Source: Macrostomum lignano (lineage: Eukaryota). From it: a DNA stretch of 64,000 nt. Where the stretch lies: positions 208,473 through 272,472 of the forward strand of contig NIVC01000927.1 in NCBI GenBank assembly GCA_002269645.1, written 5' to 3'. The position numbers were made by a program, and so were the translations under genes. The notes below the pieces were generated by a model, which was given only the letters and a program-made list of their open reading frames with translations, made no database searches and was not told where the DNA came from. Positions 33,390 to 64,000 of the stretch are shown here, one piece after another (the first letter of the stretch is position 1; every line of letters begins with the position of its first letter).

Positions 33390-33807
33390 GTAAGTAATTT
33401 TTCAAAGCATGCAAAAAAGTTGCTCATTTAAAATTCTCCTTTCAATTTTCTAAGGAAAAATGTGTGTATTTAAAAAATAATAAGAATTTCATTCTTAATT
33501 TTTAGGCCTTTAATTTTTTTACTATGATTTCAACACTAATTTCTTTTAAATACTAAAATTTATTTTTTCTAAATTGAAAACTTTAAAGGTTATTTAAAAA
33601 CTTAATTTAAATGTAATTTAAATTTTAATCTTTGATTTTTTAAATTTTTAAAAATCGAGCCTAAAGTATAAATTACATATTAAACTATTATAGGCCTGGA
33701 ATAAATAAAATGGTCCAAGTTTTAAGCAGTTGGTATTAATAAATTTTTATCCTTCAAGAAAACTAAAGAATTTAATAGCTTGAAAAATTTAATTTCAACA
33801 CATTCAG

Positions 33808-56683
<22,876 letters not shown>

Positions 56684-56754
56684 GTATAGCCTTGCTGGAG
56701 GGTTGGTGGCCGCTTGATAGCAAGCTGGTTTAGTTGATATATTGTTGTATACTG

Positions 56755-57035
56755 TACATGGTAGATTGTTTTCTTAGATTGTTGTGGTGGATTTATGTGG
56801 TAGATTGTCATGGTAGATTGGTGTGGTAGATCGGTGTAGTAGATTGGTGCGGTGGTAGATCGGTGTAGTAGATTGGTGTGGTAGATCGGTGTAGTAGATT
56901 GGTGTGGTAGATCGGTGTAGTAGATTGGTGCGGTGGTAGATCGGTGTAGTAGATTGGTGCGGTGGTAGATCGGTGTAGTAGATTGGTTGTGGTAGACTTT
57001 TGTGGTAGATTTTGTAGGGTAGATTTGCGTGGTGG
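56755..57035. repeat. ~26-29-bp repeat GTAGATTGGTGTGGTAGATCGGTGTA
   Basis: Read directly. Confidence 0.9.
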
Positions 57036-57704
57036 ATTGGTACACACCATATTAATTTGCTACTCACAAGTATTATATATAACCCTGCCAAATATCAAAG
57101 TGGCCGCACAGCTCGAGCCAAACACAGGGTGGGTGGGGGTGTCCGATCTACTTGGCTCATAAAGTGTGCATATTCAATACCGAATTGTTAGCCTACTGGT
57201 GGGTATTCACAGTAAAGATTGATGGGACAATAGGCGAGGATTGCAGGCTAAATGCACTCGTTTTGCGTATTGATTTTCTATGCCAAAGCTCCAGCATCCT
57301 CTATGAATGCGCACGGTTTTCTCCTTGGGTGTAAGGATCGGCATTTTATTGAGGCCGGGCAGCGAATTCTTCCCTCGTATCAGCCTCTTTAAGGCTGCGG
57401 TCAGGGGCCGAATCGTGGGATATGATGGGATTATTTCAGCCTGAAACCAAATTGATTGATTGCAGAGGCGCGAAAAGGGGATCCGCGCGCAGCAGAGGGC
57501 AGGCAGTTCACCCTGTTCTGTGCATCGCAAAAATCACACCTACTAAAAGAGGCTTAGCTTATGCCGACGCCGCTGACACCTTGACTATAATTAAAGGCGA
57601 GGCGAAGTGTGATAGCGATTTTTCTATGAATACTGCTTCCGCCTGCAGTAAAGTTTTAGAATGCATTCAGTTGGACAGGTTTTTTCCTTTTTCTGGACTT
57701 CCGG

Positions 57705-58812
57705 TTGTCATTCAGGGCTATCAGTTCATTCCGGTGATCATTCAGAACCATCAGTTCATTCCGGTGATCATTTGGAGTCACCAGTTTATTCCGGTGATCA
57801 TTTGGAGTCACCAGTTCATTCCGGTGATCATTCGGACCCACCAGTTCATTCCGGTGATCATTCGGAGCCATCAGTTCATTCCGGTGATCATTCGGAGCCA
57901 TCAGTTCATTCCAGTGATCATTCAGAAACATCAGTTCATTCCGGTGATCATTCGGACCCACCAGTTCATTCCGGTGATCATTCGGAGCCATCAGTTCATT
58001 CCGGTGATCATTCAGAACCATCAGTTCATTCCGGTGATCATTCAGAACCATCAGTTCATTCCGGTGATCATTCAGAACCATCAGTTCATTCCGGTGATTA
58101 TTCAGAACCATCAGTTCATTCCGGTGATTATTCAGAACCATCAGTTCATTCCGGTGATCATTCGGAGCCATCAGTTCATTCCGGTGATCATTCAGAACCA
58201 TCAGTTCATTCCGGTGATCATTCGGAGCCATCAGTTCATTCCGGTGATCATTCAGAACCATCAGTTCATTCCGGTGATCATTCAGAACCATCAGTTCATT
58301 CCGGTGATCATTCGGAGCCATCAGTTCATTCCGGTGATTATTCGGAGCCATCAGTTCATTCCGGTGATCATTCAGAACCATCAGTTCATTCCGGTGATTA
58401 TTCAGAACCATCAGTTCATTCCAGTGATCATTCGGACCCATCAGTTCATTCCGGTGATCATTCAGAACCATCAGTTCATTCCGGTGATCATTCGGGGCTA
58501 TCAGTTCATTCCGGTGATCATTCGGAGCCATCAGTTCATTCCGGTGATCATTCAGAACCATCAGTTCATTCCGGTGATCATTCAGTACCATCAGTTCATT
58601 CCGGTGATCATTCAGAACCATCAGTTCATTTCGGTGATCATTCGGAGCCATCAGTTCATTCCGGTGATCATTCGGAGCCATCAGTTCATTCCGGTGATCA
58701 TTCGGGGCTATCAGTTCATTCCGGTGATCATTCGGAGCCATCAGTTCATTTCGGTGATCATTCGGAGCCATCAGTTCATTCCGGTGATCATTCGGAGCCA
58801 TCAGTTCATTCC
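57705..58812. repeat. 30-bp minisatellite TCAGTTCATTCCGGTGATCATTC(AGAA/GGAG)CCA
   Basis: ~36 copies. Confidence 0.98.
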
Positions 58813-59297
58813 GTGTGGTTAAGTGTGAATGCACTTATAGCTCGCAGAATATCGATAAAAACAGATGAGAAACAGGTCATAAAAACGAGGGCTACCATTC
58901 GGCAGACTGTCTTTGCAACACCTGGATGGCCTCGAGTTTACCTTGGGGGAGAATTTTGTCTGAATGAAATATTGCCCAGCAGTACCTGATGATGATATAG
59001 GATGAGTCACACTCTACCACCGGCCCCTGGGCCCAATTTAACCTAAGATCCCAGACTGCCTCTCACCTAGCAACCTCTCTCGGGTTCTTTCTTACTTTTT
59101 TTGCTCCTTTCAGCTGTCCGCCGCAGCTGGGCCAAAGCATTAATTTGAATATTAGAAGGGGAAAGATTTCTTCAGGTGCGAATCCGCCACACACCGCCCT
59201 ACTGCAGAGAGAACCGAGCAGCTTTGGAGGTCCCCAGCGGCTGCAGCACTTCTTTTTGGTCTGGCTGGCGCTGTTAAATGCAATGTGCAAAATATCA

Positions 59298-60743
<1,446 letters not shown>

Positions 60744-61169
60744 CTATTGTCAAATCCTAATTCAAAGCTTTAGTCCCAGAATTTTCCACTTTAGGGTGGG
60801 GGGTCCTTGTTAGGGATTTTGTCCCCTATTTTTGTCTCCCCTATCTCCCAGCCCTTGTAGACTCGCATACGCGGTGCTCCCATTCTTGGCCAGAATCGTT
60901 CCCCCCCCCAATCACCTTGGAAGGACATTAATCCCATTATTGGACCCATCCCAGTTCTCCCCAGCCTCTATAGGGACTAAGGAAATACAGGGCCCTTGTT
61001 GTTACTCGTATCAGTTCATTTGATAACAGAAGGAACTTTTTAGTTTCAAGCCACCTCGCATTTCTCCCTCTCTGTGTCTCTCCCTGTGTCTCTATTGATC
61101 TATTATCTGTGTCCCACCCTTCCTTTACTTTTCTTACGTCTCCCTCCACCGATCTACCTCTCCTTCCAA

Positions 61170-61830
61170 ATCTCCCCCTCCCCCCTCTGTTTCCACATCT
61201 CCCCTCTGCCTCCACATCTCCCATCTGCCTCCACCTCTCCCCTCTGCCTCCACATATCCCCCTCTGCCTCCACCTCTCCCATCTGCCTCCACCTCTCCCC
61301 TCTGCCTCCACACATCCCCCTCTGCCTCCACCTCTCCCCTCTGCCTTCACATCTCCCATCTGCCTACATCTCTCATCTGCCTCCACATCTCCCCTCTGCC
61401 TCAACATCTCCCCCTCCGGCTTCACCTCTCTCCCTCCCCCTCTGCCTCAACATCTCCCCATCCGGCTCCACCTCTCTCCCTCCCCCTCTACCTCAACATC
61501 TTCCCATCCGGCTCCACCTCTCTCCCTCCCCCTCTGCCTCAACATCTCCCCCTCCGGCTCCACCTCTCTCCCTCCCCCTCTACCTCAACATCTCCCCCTC
61601 CGGCTCCACCTCTCTCCCTCCCCCTCTGCCTCAACATCTCCCCCTCCGGCTTCACCTCTTTCCCTCCCCCTCTGTCTCAACATCTCCCCCTCCGGCTTCA
61701 CCTCTCTCCCTCCCCCTCTACCTCAACATCTCCCCCTCCGGCTTCACCTCTTTCCCTCCCCGTCTCTTTCCACCTCTCTCCCCCTCTTTCCACCTCTCTC
61801 CCCCTCTTTCCACCTCTCTCCCTCTCCCCT
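61170..61830. repeat. C/T-rich compound array (CTCCACCTCTCCCCTCTGC and longer CCCTCCGGC..CAACATCT units)
   Basis: Read directly; period variable. Confidence 0.88.
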
Positions 61831-61911
61831 CTCCTTCTAGCTCTGTCCCTCTCACCATCTCACCATCCTTCTCACCTCCACTTCTTTTAACCCTCCACTC
61901 TCCTTTCTTCC

Positions 61912-62165
61912 ATCTCCATTCATATCCATGTTCCCATCTCCATATCTATTCATGTTCCCATCTCCATATCTATCCATGTTCCCATCTCCATATCTATCCA
62001 TGTTCCCATCTCCATATCTATCCATGTTCCCATCTCCATACCTATCCATGTTCCCATCTCCATATCTATCCATGTTCCCATCTCCATATCTATCCATGTT
62101 CCCATCTCCATATCTATCCATGTTCCCATCTCCATATCTATCCATGTTCCCATCTCCATATCTAT
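61912..62165. repeat. 24-bp minisatellite CATCTCCATATCTATCCATGTTCC, ~10 copies
   Basis: Read directly. Confidence 0.96.
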
Positions 62166-62789
62166 CACTGTCCCGCATTTCGCTCCCCAATCTCTACTTC
62201 TTCAAACGCCAACTCTACCCATCTCTAAGCAGTTTCCCTACCTCTCATCTAACCTACTATCCCCGTTCTCTTCATAATTTCTCTTTCACTCATTTTCCCT
62301 ATCCATACTTCCCTCAATTTCCCAAAATCGACCCTTTCACAACCCAAAGCTTTATCCCATACCGTGCCACGCAAATTCCCCATAGTGTCATACCGTTCCC
62401 ATCCAGGCCCGATTTCGAACCAAAAGCTTGAATCCATATTCGCCATATTGCGTGGAGTGTTCGCTGCCTGGCAGCAAAAATTGAGATTTGTATCAATCAA
62501 TACAAATCGGGGTTGAAGGCAGGGTCATGAGGTGGGCCTTGTTCAGTTTCTGTTGCTCCGAAAGCAGCTTGTAGGAGTTTTTGATTCTCGCTTTGTAGCA
62601 AATTGGGATTAAATAAAAATACACGTAACGATACATTATTAGGGAGGGATAACTACAATAAGTGTCACATTCTTCGCGTGGCTCCCGGCTGGCTGAAATC
62701 CTGTCTCCTGCTTCCAATGTCTCCCTCAAGTACTTTTCTTCAGTTCTCTCTCTATCACTCTCCCTTCTGTGACTCTGTCACTTCTCCCT

Positions 62790-64000
62790 CCATCTGCCTA
62801 CCTGTCTGCTATATCTACGAGTGCCTCTCTCCCCTCTATCTGCCTCTCTCCCCTCTATCTGCTTACCTGTCTTCTATATCTACGAGTGCCTCTCTCCCCT
62901 CTATCTGCCTCTCTCTCCTCTATCTGCCTCTCTCCCCTCTATCTGCTTACCTGTCTTCTATATCTACGAGTGCCTCTCTTTCCTCTATCTGCCTCTCTCC
63001 CCTCTATCTGCCTCTCTCCCCTCTATCTGCCTCTCTCTCCTCTATCTGCCTACCTGTCTTCTATATCTACGAGTGCCTCTCTTTCCTCTATCTGCCTCTC
63101 TCCCCTCTATCTGCCTCTCTCCCCTCTATCTGCCTCTCTCTCCTCTATCTGCCTACCTGTCTTCTATATCTACGAGTGCCTCTCTTTCCTCTATCTGCCT
63201 CTCTCCCCTCTATCTGCCTCTCTCTCCTCTATCTGCCTCTCTTTCCTCTATCTGCCTCTCTCCCCTCCATCTGCCTCTCTCCCCTCCATCTGCCTCTCTC
63301 CCCTCCATCTGCCTCTCTCCCCTCCATCTGCCTCTCTCCCCTCCATCTGCCTCTCTCCCCTCCATCTGCCTCTCTCTCCTCTATCTGCCTCTCTCTCCTC
63401 TATCTGCCTCTCTCTCCTCTATCTGCCTCTCTCTCCTCTATCTGCCTCTCTCCCCTCTATCTGCCTCTCTCCCCTCTATCTGCCTCTCTCCCCTCTATCT
63501 GCCTCTCTCTCCTCTATCTGCCTCTCTCTCCTCTATCTGCCTCTCTCTCCTCTATCTGCCTCTCTCCCCTCTATCTGCCTCTCTCCCCTCCATCTGCCTC
63601 TCTCCCCTCCATCTGCCTCTCTTTCCTCTATCTGCCTCTCTCCCCTCCATCTGCCTCTCTTTCCTCTATCTGCCTCTCTCTCCTCTATCTGCCTCTCTCT
63701 CCTCTATCTGCCTCTCTCTCCTCTATCTGCCTCTCTCCCCTCTATCTGCCTCTCTCCCCTCCATCTGCCTCTCTCCCCTCCATCTGCCTCTCTCTCCTCT
63801 ATCTGCCTCTCTCTCCTCTATCTGCCTCTCTCTCCTCTATCTGCCTCTCTCCCCTCTATCTGCCTCTCTCCCCTCGCATCTCCTCTCTCCCCTCCATCTG
63901 CCTCTCTTTCCTCTATCTGCCTCTCTCCCCTCTATCTGCCTCTCTCCCCTCTATCTGCCTCTCTACTCTATCTACCTCTCTACTCTATCTACCTCTCTCT
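62790..64000. repeat. 19-bp minisatellite CTATCTGCCTCTCTCCCCT (runs to window end)
   Basis: Read directly; early copies interleaved with ACCTGTCTTCTATATCTACGAGTGC. Confidence 0.96.

Overview
Animal genomic DNA. It is most likely a free-living flatworm of the Macrostomum type; this is inferred from GC-rich exons, a flatworm-like TIA-1 sequence and extreme minisatellite density, not from a database search. Three spliced protein-coding genes can be assembled by hand with consistent splice phases. (1) A + strand gene (1741-7307, 5 exons, ~710 aa) encodes 3 CCCH zinc fingers, a putative RWD/UBC-like region, an acidic linker, a Cys-rich Zn region and a C-terminal CHY-type zinc finger. (2) A - strand TIA-1/TIAR-like gene (29442-10226) has only RRM2 and RRM3 visible, plus Ala/Tyr/Gln-rich tails at both ends. 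(3) A + strand DCC/neogenin/frazzled-like receptor (from ~33808, running off the window) has 4 Ig domains and the first FN3, with a 1-nt frameshift in Ig4. The window also holds tRNA-Pro(TGG), tRNA-Asn(GTT), seven copies or fragments of a tRNA-headed CORE-type SINE, and about 39 different tandem arrays covering roughly 24 kb (~38%). Nearly all long ORFs in the supplied track are translations of these arrays. The most notable patterns are minisatellites private to each intron that sit directly against splice sites, and a 67-nt structured SINE block that is invariant while the SINE heads diverge. No CRISPR or prokaryotic system is present.
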